From: Longimicrobiales bacterium
GTDB taxonomy: Bacteria; Gemmatimonadota; Gemmatimonadetes; Longimicrobiales; RSA9
Assembly (NCBI GenBank): GCA_046483065.1
Contig: JAWODW010000089.1
Location: 96,403 to 160,402 of the forward strand
DNA: 64,000 nucleotides
Direction of reading: 5' to 3'
Under the pieces are notes generated by a model that was not told where the DNA came from, did not search any database, and saw only the letters and a list, made by a program, of their open reading frames with translations. Numbering within the stretch: the first letter of the stretch is position 1; every line of letters starts with the position of its first letter. Positions 1-9,867 of this stretch are shown here, piece after piece. The position numbers were made by a program, and so were the translations under genes.

Positions 1-69
1 ACTGCACCTCGGGTCGAGGTCCGTCCGCTCTCCGCCTATGAGCGCCGCCTGGTGGACGGTGTGGCATGA
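1..69 (+). CDS. istA: IS21-family transposase IstA, C-terminal fragment (5' part lies outside the window)
   Basis: Frame 1 is open from base 1 (TAPRVEVRPLSAYERRLVDGVA*). Its TGA (67-69) overlaps the istB ATG (66-68) as ATGA, the usual istA-istB junction. Too short for an independent family call. Confidence 0.45.
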   Translation, partial: TAPRVEVRPLSAYERRLVDGVA

Positions 70-842
70 GTACGGCCGTCAGTTACGAGCGGGTGCGCGA
101 TCAGCTTGAGCGCCTCAAGCTGGACGCCGCACTGGCGTCCCTGGACACGGTGCTCGAGCAGGGTCAGAAGCAGGAGCAGCTGCCGGTGGAAGTGCTCGAC
201 GAGCTACTGGGCCGCGAGCTGGCCACCCGCTTCGAGCGCCGGGTCAAAACCAACCTGAAGCTGAGCGGGATCCCGGCGCCCAAGACGCTCGAAGGCTTTG
301 ACTTCGAGGCTCAGCCCTCGGTACCAAAGGACGTGATCGAGGAGCTGGCCACGCTCCGCTTCCTCCACCAGGGTGAGAACGTGGTCTTCCTGGGCCCATC
401 CGGCGTGGGCAAAAGCCATCTGGCCGTGGCGCTCGCCATGAAGGCTATCGAGCGCGGCCACCGGGCCTACTTCCTCAGCCTCCACGAGCTCGTCACCCGC
501 TCCCGGGTGGCCCGCGAGAAGAACCGGCTCAACGTGCTCCTCCGTACGATCATGCGAGCCGATCTCTTCCTGCTCGACGAGGTCGGTTACCTCCCCCTCG
601 AGAGTCAGGACGCCACTTTTCTCTTCGAGGCCGTGAGCCGGCGCTACGAGGCCCAGAAGCCGATCCTCCTCACCAGCAACAAGAGCTACGGTCAGTGGGA
701 TGAGATCTTCCCGGACTCCGTCCTGGCCACCGCGCTCCTCGACCGGCTGCTCCACCACGCCACCACCATCAACATCCGCGGCGAGAGCTATCGGCTCCGC
801 AACCGCCGCGGCGCCGGCCTTACTCCACCCACCACTTCCTGA
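66..842 (+). CDS. istB: IS21-family helper ATPase IstB
   Basis: 258 aa with Walker A GPSGVGKSHLA and Walker B FLLDEVGY. The C-terminal LLDRLLHHATTINIRGESYR block is typical of IstB. Confidence 0.93.
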   Translation: MSTAVSYERVRDQLERLKLDAALASLDTVLEQGQKQEQLPVEVLDELLGRELATRFERRVKTNLKLSGIPAPKTLEGFDFEAQPSVPKDVIEELATLRFLHQGENVVFLGPSGVGKSHLAVALAMKAIERGHRAYFLSLHELVTRSRVAREKNRLNVLLRTIMRADLFLLDEVGYLPLESQDATFLFEAVSRRYEAQKPILLTSNKSYGQWDEIFPDSVLATALLDRLLHHATTINIRGESYRLRNRRGAGLTPPTTS

Positions 843-886
843 AAGAGGAGAACGCTATGCAGCCTTAGCTGTACCGCCGTCGGATG

Positions 887-927
887 TGTCCAATTCTAAA
901 CCGCTGAACCTGTCCACTTCTGAACCG
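887..927 (+). repeat. Two subterminal direct repeats TGTCCA[A/C]TTCT[A/G]AACCG (887-903 and 911-927)
   Basis: 15/17 identical, read directly. IS21-family ends are known to carry multiple repeated transposase-binding motifs. Confidence 0.55.
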
Positions 928-980
928 ACGTTGACACCATCTCGCGTTCCCGCAATCGCATCATTGTCGGACTTTCCGAC

Positions 981-2162
981 TTGAGTCTAAGAGCCGGTTT
1001 GGACGTTCTGCTGGTGGAAAACGGCATCCCTACGTCAGCGGTAGATTATGAGACAGATGCCATCAATCTCAATTCGGGAAACCGTTTGTGTGAGTATGAG
1101 CGGCCAATCGTTGGTGGTCTCTCGCTATTTCGAGAAAATGAGGCAGGCGTGGCTTGTGGGGTGCCCCCATACAGAAAAGGTTGCTCGGCCGGATTCCTGG
1201 CGCGGGACGGTGGGGTGTTGAAGTTGGTGACGAATTCGCACTGCAGTGATACGATGTGGGGCCACGACTACATGCAGTACTATCAGGATGTCTTCCTTGA
1301 GGACAGCCTCCACTATGTTGGCATCGAGACAGAGGATCCGGCGGGCTATCGGTGTGGGTGGACGAACGATTGGCGTGCCCAGTATTGCCGGTACTCCGAT
1401 GCGGCTCTAGTCACGGTTGGGCCCTACGTGGACACGAAGTTCGGCTACATTGCACGGACCACGGGGTCGTCCTCGACGTCAGAACATGGATCCGACACGA
1501 TTGACGTGGCGAATCCGTACTTCAGGATCGTTGGAACGGCAGAACCCCTTGAGGGTCAGCAGGTCCATAAGGTGGGACAGTATACTGGCTGGACAAACGG
1601 GCATGTCTCCACCCTCGACTATGACCATTACCTGGAAGGCGAAACGACAAAGCGGCTCCGGGATCAGGCTGTTGCGGACTACGTTTCTGGGGACGGGGAC
1701 AGCGGCGCTCCGGTGTTCAGCACCCCGAACGGAGCCGGGGACGTGTATCTCCTGGGCATTCATCACTCGAACGACGAGCCAGACGATTCGCGTTTCAGCA
1801 GGTTCGTGAACATAGAGGAGGACCTCGGCGCGTTGGACGTTGTGGCCCCGGAAGAGGTGTTGTCCGTGGAACTCCATGGAACAGACTATATTTCGACAGA
1901 TAGCACCTACACGTGGACCGCGAATGCGGAAAACGGAACCGGCACGTATTCGTACGAGTGGCAACGTCGAACGAATCACCAGACGAGTACGTGTGTATAT
2001 CAAACGGACTGGACCACCGTGGGGACCGGGCCGGAGTACGTGAGCCCGGAATCTCCCTTTGGCTACGATTTCCAGCTCAGAGTTACGGTCACTTCGGGGT
2101 CGGAAACGGCGAGCGACAACATATGGGTGTCCGTAGCGTACCCCGGGCTCTGTCCCAACTAG
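981..2162 (+). CDS. Chymotrypsin-fold (S1) serine protease with a repeated C-terminal beta-rich domain; probably 5'-truncated
   Basis: Catalytic triad contexts are VTNSHCS (His), YSDAALV (Asp) and GDGDSGAPVF (Ser). TTG start and no signal peptide. The frame stays open upstream to 924 inside the IS end. G+C is visibly lower than the surroundings. Confidence 0.75.
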   Translation: MSLRAGLDVLLVENGIPTSAVDYETDAINLNSGNRLCEYERPIVGGLSLFRENEAGVACGVPPYRKGCSAGFLARDGGVLKLVTNSHCSDTMWGHDYMQYYQDVFLEDSLHYVGIETEDPAGYRCGWTNDWRAQYCRYSDAALVTVGPYVDTKFGYIARTTGSSSTSEHGSDTIDVANPYFRIVGTAEPLEGQQVHKVGQYTGWTNGHVSTLDYDHYLEGETTKRLRDQAVADYVSGDGDSGAPVFSTPNGAGDVYLLGIHHSNDEPDDSRFSRFVNIEEDLGALDVVAPEEVLSVELHGTDYISTDSTYTWTANAENGTGTYSYEWQRRTNHQTSTCVYQTDWTTVGTGPEYVSPESPFGYDFQLRVTVTSGSETASDNIWVSVAYPGLCPN

Positions 2163-2196
2163 AAGAAGGCCGCCGCCGGAAGATGAGGAGGTACCG

Positions 2197-2817
2197 ATGA
2201 ACTCACGCATAGCATTCGTCGCGCTCGCCGTGGTTGGGCTGGCCGGCTTCGCCGGCTGCGACCTGATCCTGGGGACTGTGCCGGAGGGGCGGTTGGAGGC
2301 CACCGTCGCCGACGAGAGCCGGATCGGCACCGACACGTCGGTGGCCGGCGAGTACGTGGGTACGGGTCATTACGACATGCACCTCACGCCCACGGACCTC
2401 GACGCCATCAAGATCTACTCCGACGGGACCGGCGACTCCGAGGGCGACCGAGTCATCCTGGCCATCTACCAGCGCGGTTGGCCCGGCGAAGGGGAGTACG
2501 ACCTGAACATGAACCCGTGGTACGCGGCGCAAGGGAACCGGGTGGGGGCCTCCGGCCAATACTGGATTATCCGGCCCGACAGCGTGCTGGAGATCTACTG
2601 GGCCGACGCCGGGCAGTTCGTCATCTCTGAGGTCCACCGCCGGTACATGGAAGGCAGCTTCACCATGACGGGGAGGCTGTGTCTGGTCAAAACGCCCTTG
2701 CCCAACCGTACGTCTGCAGGGCCCTGCAACGAGCCGGTGCCCATCGTGATCCCCGATAGCGCCCGGACAACGGAGGTGTCGGGCACGTTCGTGGTGACGA
2801 AGCAGGAAGAACCGTAG
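2197..2817 (+). CDS. Hypothetical lipoprotein
   Basis: GGAGG 6 nt upstream of the ATG. Signal peptide with lipobox (ALAVVGLAGFAGC). No recognisable catalytic motif. Confidence 0.7.
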   Translation: MNSRIAFVALAVVGLAGFAGCDLILGTVPEGRLEATVADESRIGTDTSVAGEYVGTGHYDMHLTPTDLDAIKIYSDGTGDSEGDRVILAIYQRGWPGEGEYDLNMNPWYAAQGNRVGASGQYWIIRPDSVLEIYWADAGQFVISEVHRRYMEGSFTMTGRLCLVKTPLPNRTSAGPCNEPVPIVIPDSARTTEVSGTFVVTKQEEP

Positions 2818-2926
2818 GCCGGCCACCTGGGACCCGGGAGATCCGCCTCCCGCACGAGGCCGCCTGCCGCCTTTCCAGCCGCGGCCGCGGGCCGCCCGCC
2901 GCGGGCCGAACTCCGCGAGGCCCCCG

Positions 2927-3526
2927 CTACTGGCAGGTGCCGCCGGTGACCCGGGTCAGGAAGCACCGCATGATGTCCACGCCATCGGCCTCGGAGAGGA
3001 GCTCGAGGTCGAAGGTGCCGTTCTCGATGCTGCGGGTAGCCCCGGTGCCGTCGTCCCCGAGGACGAGACCGTCGAAGTGACCGACGATGTGGTCGTCGGT
3101 GAGCGTATCGACGGTGACGGTGCCGGACTCGATCTCCCAGTACGTCTGGACGCTCTGGAGGTCCGTGGCGTCGACGCCCTCGAGGATCCGGCCGTGACAG
3201 TTCTGGCCGACGCCGCAGGTGAAGGTCCCGGTGGCCCGCTGCACGAGCTGGATGATGAACAGGTCGCCGACCGTCCCCTCCTTGCGCTCGAAGCCGGACA
3301 CCACCAGCCCGCCCACGCTGTCCGGGAACGCGATGGCGAACGTCTCGGGCTCGATCTCCTGCCCGCTGAACGACGGCAAGCCGGCGGCGTGGTAGGTGCC
3401 GCCGTCCCAGGTGAAGTTCACGCCATCGTCAGGCCCCTCGGGCTCGCCGGGCCCCGAGGCGTCCGAGCAGCCGACCAGTCCCGTGGCAAACGCCAGTGTC
3501 GCGACCAGCGCAGTGATTCGTGTCAT
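2927..3526 (-). CDS. Hypothetical lipoprotein (start moved to internal ATG)
   Basis: MTRITALVATLAFATGLVGC lipobox signal begins at the ATG at 3526, preceded by GGAGG. The upstream 71 codons of the track ORF look non-coding. Confidence 0.7.
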   Translation of the reverse strand: MTRITALVATLAFATGLVGCSDASGPGEPEGPDDGVNFTWDGGTYHAAGLPSFSGQEIEPETFAIAFPDSVGGLVVSGFERKEGTVGDLFIIQLVQRATGTFTCGVGQNCHGRILEGVDATDLQSVQTYWEIESGTVTVDTLTDDHIVGHFDGLVLGDDGTGATRSIENGTFDLELLSEADGVDIMRCFLTRVTGGTCQ

Positions 3527-3845
3527 GCGACCTCCTTGGCTTCGTGATTCCCGTTCGCCCTCTCCGCCCCGCTCTCGTGGTATCCAACGCACGAGGGGGG
3601 GCGCCTTCTGTCGCACGGAGGCTCGATGGTGAAACGCGCGGTGGCGATTCCCGGCGCCCGCCGCGCTCAGCCGCCGCAGGCCACCCGCCCGGCTGAGCGC
3701 AGCGAGGCCCCCGCTAGTCATCCGCCCCTTCCCACGCAATATTGGGGGCAGGCCCCGACATGTTGGGTCCGCACAGTCGACGCGACCCTACATGTTGGGG
3801 GCCCCGAAGCCCCGAACCCCACCATCTAGTGGAGGCCATAGCAGT

Positions 3846-6371
3846 ATGGTGATGCCGCAGCGGCGCGAGCGAGTGCTCCCGCGCCTGATCGAAGAGGAGA
3901 TGCGGGAGTCCTTCCTGGACTACTCGATGAGCGTGATCGTGCAGCGAGCGCTGCCGGACGTGCGCGACGGTCTCAAGCCGGTCCACCGGCGGATCCTGTA
4001 CGCCATGAACGACCTGGGCCTGGGGCCCACGCGGCCGTACAAGAAGTCGGCGAACGTGGTGGGCGAGGTGCTGGGGAAGTACCACCCGCACGGTGACTCG
4101 GCCGTCTACGACACCATGGTCCGGATGGTCCAGGACTTCAGCCTCCGCTACCCGCTGGTGGACGGCCAGGGGAACTACGGGTCGATCGACGGCGACAGCG
4201 CGGCGGCGTACCGGTACACGGAAGCGAAGCTCACCGAGCTGGCCACCGAGCTGCTGGCGGACCTGGACAAGGACACCGTCGACTTCAGCGACACCTTCGA
4301 CAACCAGCGGCAGGAGCCGGTGGTGCTGCCGTCGAAGTTCCCGAACCTGCTCATCAATGGCTCGGCGGGGATCGCCGTGGGGATGGCCACGAACATCCCG
4401 CCCCACAACCTCCGGGAGGTGGCCGCGGCGCTGGACCTGATCACGGAGAAGCCGGACTGCAACGTGGACGACCTCCTCGGAGTCCTCCCCGGCCCCGACT
4501 TCCCCACCGGCGGCTACATCATCGGCACCGACGGGATCCGGGAAGCGTACGAGACGGGCCGGGGCCGGATGACCATGCGGGCCAAGGTGCAGCGGGAGGC
4601 CAAGCGGGGCGGGAAGGAGCAGCTCGTCGTCACGGAGCTGCCGTACGGGATCAGCAAGAGCAAGGTCATCGAGCAGATCGCCGACCTGGTCCGGAAGAAG
4701 AAGATGGAGGACGTGAGCGACCTCCGGGACGAGACCGACCGGGAGGGGATGCGGATCGTGGTGGAGTTGAAGCGAGGCGCCAAGGTCCAGCCGGTGCTGA
4801 ACAAGCTCTACAAGAAGACGTACATGCAGGCCACCTTCGGCGCCATCATGATCGCGCTGGACCACGGGGTCCCGCGGGAGATGACGCTGAAGGAGATGCT
4901 CCAGAAGTACCGGGACCACCGGATCGAGGTAATCCAGCGCCGGGCGGCGTACGACCTGGAGCAGGCCAAGGCCGAGGCCCACGTGACCGAGGGGCTCATC
5001 ACCGCCCTCGACAACATCGACGAGGTGATCCGGATCATCCGGGAGTCCAGGAGCAAGGACGAGGCGGCCGAGGGGCTGATCGAGGCGTTCGACCTGTCGA
5101 AGATCCAGGCGGACGCCATCCTGAACATGCGCCTCCACCGCCTCACGGAGCTGGAGACGAAGGAGCTGAAGGGGCGGCTGAAGGAGCTGAAGCAGGAGAT
5201 CGCGGCGCTGTTCGCGCTCCTGGACTCCGAGGAGCAGCAGCTCGAAGTCTTCCTCGCGGAGCTCGACGAGATGGTCGAGGCCTACGGCGACGGCCGGCGG
5301 ACCACCATCGTCGCCGGCGACGCCGACTTCAAGATGCAGGACATGGTGGCCCAGGAGGACGTGGTCATCACCGTCTCCCACCAGGGCTACGTCAAGCGCA
5401 TGCCCGTGTCTCTCTACCGGAGGCGGGTGACCAGCGGCAAGGCGCTGGCCGGGATGGAGAAGTACGACGAGGACTTCCTCGAGCACGTCTTCATCGCCTC
5501 CACCCACGATGTAGTCCTCGTCATTACCGGCGCCGGGCAGGCCCACGAGATCCCGGTGGTGGAGATCCCCGAGAGCGGCCGCTCGAGCCGCGGCAAGGCG
5601 CTGCACCAGCTCCTGGGCTTCGAGGCCGGCGCACACGTGGCCGCCCTCCTGCCCATCTCCGACTACGAGGAGGGCACCCAGCTGGTCTTCCTGACCCGGG
5701 GCGGGATCGTGAAGCGGACGGAGCTCTCCGAGTTCGCCAATATCCGGGCCGGCGGGATCAACGCCATCAACCTGAAGAAGGGCGACGAGCTCCTGGACGT
5801 CCGTCTCTCCGACGGGGTCAACGACGTGGTTCTCGCCACCGCCGCCGGCCGGGCCATCCGCTTTCCCGAGACCGACGTCCCCGAGGTGGGCCGGAACGCA
5901 CAGGGCGTCATCGGCGTCCGGATGAAGAAGGACGACAGCGTGGTCGGCATGGTCGTCGTCCGCCGCGAAGCGACCCTCGCCGTGGTCACCGCCAACGGCT
6001 ACGCCAAGCGCACCGAGATCGGCGAGTTCCGGGTCCAGGGCCGGGGCGGGCAGGGCACCGCCGCGCTGTCCGTGAGCGAGAAGACCGGGCCGCTCGTGGG
6101 CGCCAAGGAGATGCTCGATGGCGACGAGCTCATGGTCATCACCGCCGGTGGCAGAGCCGGCCGCCTCCAGGCCGCAGAGATCCCCGTCCAGGGCCGCACC
6201 ACCCAGGGCAAGCCGCTCGTGAACGTCGAGGCCGGCGACCGCGTGGTGGAGGTCAGCCGCGTGGCATCCGAGCGCGATACGCGCCAGAAGGCCGACGACG
6301 CCGACGCGGCCGACCGGAAGATGGGCGACCAGCTGGAGCTCGTCGCCGCCGCCGAGCCGGACGAGGAGTAG
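3846..6371 (+). CDS. gyrA: DNA gyrase subunit A
   Basis: [22 protein letters not shown], active-site Tyr context [11 protein letters not shown], and C-terminal beta-pinwheel repeats. Start set at MVMPQRR (3846). Confidence 0.97.
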   Translation: MVMPQRRERVLPRLIEEEMRESFLDYSMSVIVQRALPDVRDGLKPVHRRILYAMNDLGLGPTRPYKKSANVVGEVLGKYHPHGDSAVYDTMVRMVQDFSLRYPLVDGQGNYGSIDGDSAAAYRYTEAKLTELATELLADLDKDTVDFSDTFDNQRQEPVVLPSKFPNLLINGSAGIAVGMATNIPPHNLREVAAALDLITEKPDCNVDDLLGVLPGPDFPTGGYIIGTDGIREAYETGRGRMTMRAKVQREAKRGGKEQLVVTELPYGISKSKVIEQIADLVRKKKMEDVSDLRDETDREGMRIVVELKRGAKVQPVLNKLYKKTYMQATFGAIMIALDHGVPREMTLKEMLQKYRDHRIEVIQRRAAYDLEQAKAEAHVTEGLITALDNIDEVIRIIRESRSKDEAAEGLIEAFDLSKIQADAILNMRLHRLTELETKELKGRLKELKQEIAALFALLDSEEQQLEVFLAELDEMVEAYGDGRRTTIVAGDADFKMQDMVAQEDVVITVSHQGYVKRMPVSLYRRRVTSGKALAGMEKYDEDFLEHVFIASTHDVVLVITGAGQAHEIPVVEIPESGRSSRGKALHQLLGFEAGAHVAALLPISDYEEGTQLVFLTRGGIVKRTELSEFANIRAGGINAINLKKGDELLDVRLSDGVNDVVLATAAGRAIRFPETDVPEVGRNAQGVIGVRMKKDDSVVGMVVVRREATLAVVTANGYAKRTEIGEFRVQGRGGQGTAALSVSEKTGPLVGAKEMLDGDELMVITAGGRAGRLQAAEIPVQGRTTQGKPLVNVEAGDRVVEVSRVASERDTRQKADDADAADRKMGDQLELVAAAEPDEE

Positions 6372-6386
6372 GGACGGCTGCCGGTT

Positions 6387-6421
6387 GGGGACTTCTCTAC
6401 ACATATCGTATGGAAGTCCCC
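6387..6421 (+). terminator. Candidate hairpin 16 nt after the gyrA stop (GGGGACTTC / GAAGTCCCC, 17-nt loop)
   Basis: Perfect 9-bp inverted repeat read directly. No downstream T-tract, so terminator function is inferred only. Confidence 0.4.
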
Positions 6422-6983
6422 GGCCTCGGCGAATCGACCCGGTTGCTTGGGAGATGATCCCGACGCCAGCAGCCCAACGAGCCGGAAAGGCAGCTTCTGG
6501 TAGAAGACCGTCGAGTCGGCCGGCAGGCCGTTCAGCCCGTCGATCACCTTGTCCTTCCGCCTGCGTCCGTGCGCTTTCCGGTGGTACGAACTCTGGCTCT
6601 TCTCCGAGTTTGTTGATGCGTTTGCCCGACACATGCCGGCGGTTTCGCAGCTTTCGGAACGCAGCGCCGCGGAGAGTCCCACCCGGGAGGCTGCCCTCTT
6701 CCTCTTCGTCGCCGTCGGCCTGTACCTCGCCCTCCGCCTCGTACTTCGCCCTTTCCCTGGCGGACGGCGGGTTCGAGAGAGGGAGAAGTACGAAGTCGAG
6801 GAGAGCCCGAACTCTAACGCTAGTGGTCGACCGCTCCCGATGCGGTGGGAAGAGCCCCGGCGACGCCGATGTGGTGACTTTCCCCACGACCTAATCCGGT
6901 GTTTCCTCCCTTGTCGGCGGGCGCCAGAGTTGGCATCGTTCGGACACGGTTGAGAATGAGTCTCAAACCCGAACGACAACGCC

Positions 6984-9224
6984 ATGACACGACGCCTCGT
7001 CCTTTTCACATTCCTGCTCGGGCTGATGCTGACCGGTCCGGCCATGGTCACTGCGGCGGAGGCGGAAGCCGCGACCGACTCGATCCTGGAGCCCGCCCGG
7101 ATCCTGGGCACGGTCACCGCGAGCGGTGCGGCGGTGGGGTACGCGGACGTGGTGCTGCGAGGGTACGGGATCCGGGCGACGGCGGACAGCCGGGGACGTT
7201 TCGTGCTGGGTGGAGTGGAGCCGGGCTCGCACACCATTCTGGTCTCGTCGCTGGGGTACGGTACGGCGGAGGTGACGGTGGAGGTTGGCCCGGGTGCCAC
7301 GGCGGAGGTGGAGGTGGCGCTGGAGGAGGAGGCCATCGGTCTGAATCCCATCGTTGTGACGGCCACGCGGAAGCGGACGTTCGTGAGCGAGAGTCCCGTG
7401 AAGGTGGACGTGGTGCCGGCGCGGTTCCTCCAGAACATGGCCACGTCGAGCCTGACGGAGTCGATCCAGCACGTGAACGGGCTGTACCAGCAGGTGGACT
7501 GCGCGGTCTGCTACACGAACAACATCCGGATCAACGGGATGGAGGGCCCGTACACGTCGGTGCTCATCGACGGTCAGCCGATCATGAGCTCGTTGGCCAG
7601 CGTGTACGGTTTGAACGGGATCAACCCGTCGCTGATCGAGCGGATCGAGATCATCAAGGGTCCGAGCAGCACGCTGTACGGGTCGGACGCCATGGCGGGC
7701 GTGATCAACGTAATCACGAAGGACCCGCGGTTCGCGCCCCGGCTCTCGGTGGACGCCCGTCAGACCGACCACGGCGCGACGAGCGTGGACTTCGCCGTCG
7801 CGCCTTCGGTGGGTTCGACCCGGGGGCTGGTGAGTGGCACGTTCTACCGCCAGGGCGAGTTCCTGGATGACAACGGCGATGGCTACGCGGATGTGACGCT
7901 GGACACGCGGCTGTCGCTGTTCGGCAAAGTCCACCTGGAGGCGGAGCGTGGGGGCGGACTGTCGCTGGCGGGCAAGTACTACCACGAGGACCGGTTCGGC
8001 GGCGAGCGGGGCTGGACGAAAGAGGACCGGGGCAGCGACGAGGTCTACGGCGAGTCGATCTACACGGACCGGTTCGAGCTTCTGGGCGCGTGGGGGCTGC
8101 CGGTCCCGGCAGAGGACCTGAAGCTGGAGTTCTCGCTGACACACCACCGGCAGGACGCCATGTACGCCACGTCGCCGTACAACGCCGACCAGAACGTGGT
8201 GGCGGGGCACCTGCTCTGGGAGCCGGACCTGGGCCGTGGCCACGACGTGCTGCTGGGCGTCGGGGGCGAGTGGGAGTCGTTCGACGACGAGTCGCCGGCC
8301 ACCGTCGAGCCGGTCACCCACGTCACGCCGGGCTTCTTCGCGCAGGACGAGTACACCGCCGGCCGCGGCGTGAAGCTGCTGGGCGGGCTGCGGGTGGACC
8401 ACCACGGGGACCACGGCGTGATCCTGTCGCCCCGGGCCGCGCTGAAGCTCGAGCCGCTCCCGGCGACCGCGGTCCGGCTCAACGCCGGCACCGGGTTCCG
8501 GGTGGTGGACCTGTTCACCGAGGACTACGCGTCGCTGACGCACACCCGGCGGCTGGTCACCGCGCAGGACCTGGACCCGGAGCGGTCGTACAACCTGACG
8601 CTGAACGTGAACCAGGTGGTCGACTGGGGCAACAACCCCATGATGCTGGACGTGGACGCGTTCTACACCCACTTCACGAACCGGATTATCCCCGACTACG
8701 ACAGCGACCCCGGTCAGATCATCTACCACAACCTCGACGGCTTCGGTGTGACCCGGGGCGTGGGCGTGTCGCTGAACCAGAACATGACGGTGCTGCCCCT
8801 CTTCTACACGCTGGGGATCACCGTACAGGATGTCTTCTACGAGCACGAGGGCGCCCGGGAACGGGAGCTGTTCGCGGCTTCGTTCAAGGGCGTGTGGAGC
8901 GCCACGTACACCACGCCCTGGGACGTGGCCGTGGACTACACCGGCACGGTGGTGGGCCCGATGCGGCTGCCGGCCTATGACGAGCCGTTCAGCCGGCCCA
9001 CCAGCTCCGAGACGTACGCCGTCCACAACCTCATGGTCACCTGGGACGCCGGGGACGACGTGGAGGTCTACGCCGGCGCCCGCAACCTCTTCGATTACAC
9101 GCAGCCGAGCCCCATCGTCGACCCGGCCAACCCGTTCGGCGAGAACTTCGACACCGCCTGGGTCTACGGCCCGATCTATGGCCGCAACCTGGTGGTGGGC
9201 GGCCGGTACAGCCTGGGCCGGTGA
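6984..9224 (+). CDS. TonB-dependent receptor with N-terminal carboxypeptidase-regulatory-like domain
   Basis: Signal peptide, a CarboxypepD_reg-like segment (ARILGTVTASGAAVGYADVVLRG...SRGRFVLGGVEPG), a plug region (NPIVVTATRKRTFVSESPVKVDV) and about 550 aa of barrel-like sequence. Confidence 0.88.
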   Translation: MTRRLVLFTFLLGLMLTGPAMVTAAEAEAATDSILEPARILGTVTASGAAVGYADVVLRGYGIRATADSRGRFVLGGVEPGSHTILVSSLGYGTAEVTVEVGPGATAEVEVALEEEAIGLNPIVVTATRKRTFVSESPVKVDVVPARFLQNMATSSLTESIQHVNGLYQQVDCAVCYTNNIRINGMEGPYTSVLIDGQPIMSSLASVYGLNGINPSLIERIEIIKGPSSTLYGSDAMAGVINVITKDPRFAPRLSVDARQTDHGATSVDFAVAPSVGSTRGLVSGTFYRQGEFLDDNGDGYADVTLDTRLSLFGKVHLEAERGGGLSLAGKYYHEDRFGGERGWTKEDRGSDEVYGESIYTDRFELLGAWGLPVPAEDLKLEFSLTHHRQDAMYATSPYNADQNVVAGHLLWEPDLGRGHDVLLGVGGEWESFDDESPATVEPVTHVTPGFFAQDEYTAGRGVKLLGGLRVDHHGDHGVILSPRAALKLEPLPATAVRLNAGTGFRVVDLFTEDYASLTHTRRLVTAQDLDPERSYNLTLNVNQVVDWGNNPMMLDVDAFYTHFTNRIIPDYDSDPGQIIYHNLDGFGVTRGVGVSLNQNMTVLPLFYTLGITVQDVFYEHEGARERELFAASFKGVWSATYTTPWDVAVDYTGTVVGPMRLPAYDEPFSRPTSSETYAVHNLMVTWDAGDDVEVYAGARNLFDYTQPSPIVDPANPFGENFDTAWVYGPIYGRNLVVGGRYSLGR

Positions 9225-9231
9225 GGCGCGG

Positions 9232-9867
9232 GTGACCTCACGGCGCGACCCGTCCGACGGCTCGGCAGCCTGCGCGGCGCGACGCTCCGGGCCACGACGC
9301 TCCGGGCCACGACGCTCCGGGCCACGACGCTCCGGGGCGACGCTGGCGGCGGTCCTGGCTCTGGCCGGGGCCGCCACGGGCGTGGAGGCCAGCGTCCTCC
9401 CGGATACCGTCCCCGGAGCAGGCCTCGAAGTCCACGGGCAGGCCGACTACGAGTGGCGCCTCGAGGATCTCGACGGCGCGCCTCTCTCCCTCGCCGACTA
9501 CCGCGGCGAGGTGGTGGTCGTGAACATGTGGGCCACGTGGTGCGCGCCCTGTGTGCGGGAGCTGGCGTCGTTCCAGCGGCTCCGGGCCTCCCTCGGCGAC
9601 GCCCCCGTCCGCTTCCTCTTCGTCAGTCCCGAAGAGCGGGGTCATGTCCAGACGTTCGTTCGCCGCTACGGTTGGGACCTGCCGTTCGCCGTGGAAGCCG
9701 AGGAGATGCCCGACGCCTTCGGTCTCGAGGCGCTGCCCACGACGTACGTCATCGACCGGGCCGGCCGGACCGTACTGAAGCATCGGGGGGCGGCCGAATG
9801 GGACCGGGACCCGGTACGGCGCTTTCTCGACCATCTCGCCGCACCCGGCCGCTCCAGTGCCCGCTAG
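9232..9867 (+). CDS. TlpA/ResA-like thiol:disulfide oxidoreductase
   Basis: WATWCAPC thioredoxin motif. Hydrophobic signal segment ATLAAVLALAGAATGVEA. No ATG is available, so the GTG at 9232 just after the receptor stop is proposed and the start is uncertain. Confidence 0.75.
   Translation: MTSRRDPSDGSAACAARRSGPRRSGPRRSGPRRSGATLAAVLALAGAATGVEASVLPDTVPGAGLEVHGQADYEWRLEDLDGAPLSLADYRGEVVVVNMWATWCAPCVRELASFQRLRASLGDAPVRFLFVSPEERGHVQTFVRRYGWDLPFAVEAEEMPDAFGLEALPTTYVIDRAGRTVLKHRGAAEWDRDPVRRFLDHLAAPGRSSAR
9281..9337 (+). repeat. 15-bp tandem repeat GACGCTCCGGGCCAC, about 3.8 copies, inside the tlpA-like signal-peptide n-region
   Basis: Copies at 9281-9295, 9296-9310 and 9311-9325 are identical and a fourth is partial. 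They encode RRSGP x3 followed by RRSG. Confidence 0.9.

Larger units (their letters stand above)
1..936 (+). mobile_element. IS21-family insertion sequence, right-hand portion (left end off-window)
   Basis: Coupled istA tail and istB, followed by two 17-nt direct repeats and a ...TTGACA terminus near 936. The right boundary is inferred, not proven. Confidence 0.7.

Noticed and set aside
700-984. 94-aa ORF overlapping the istB 3' end and the IS terminus
   Set aside because: It overlaps istB in another frame and runs through the IS terminal repeats. Ser/Pro/Ala-rich composition. Likely spurious.
3714-6887. 1057-aa minus-strand ORF, the largest in the track
   Set aside because: It runs antisense to the well-supported gyrA gene. 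Its Arg/Gly/Pro/Leu-rich composition has no motifs. This is a typical shadow ORF in high-G+C DNA.
6900-6983. Possible cobalamin riboswitch ahead of the TonB-dependent receptor
   Set aside because: No B12-box-like sequence or conserved riboswitch core could be recognised by eye. A covariance-model scan would be needed to be certain.
6963-9377. 804-aa minus-strand ORF
   Set aside because: Antisense to the TonB-dependent receptor. Low-complexity composition. Shadow ORF.
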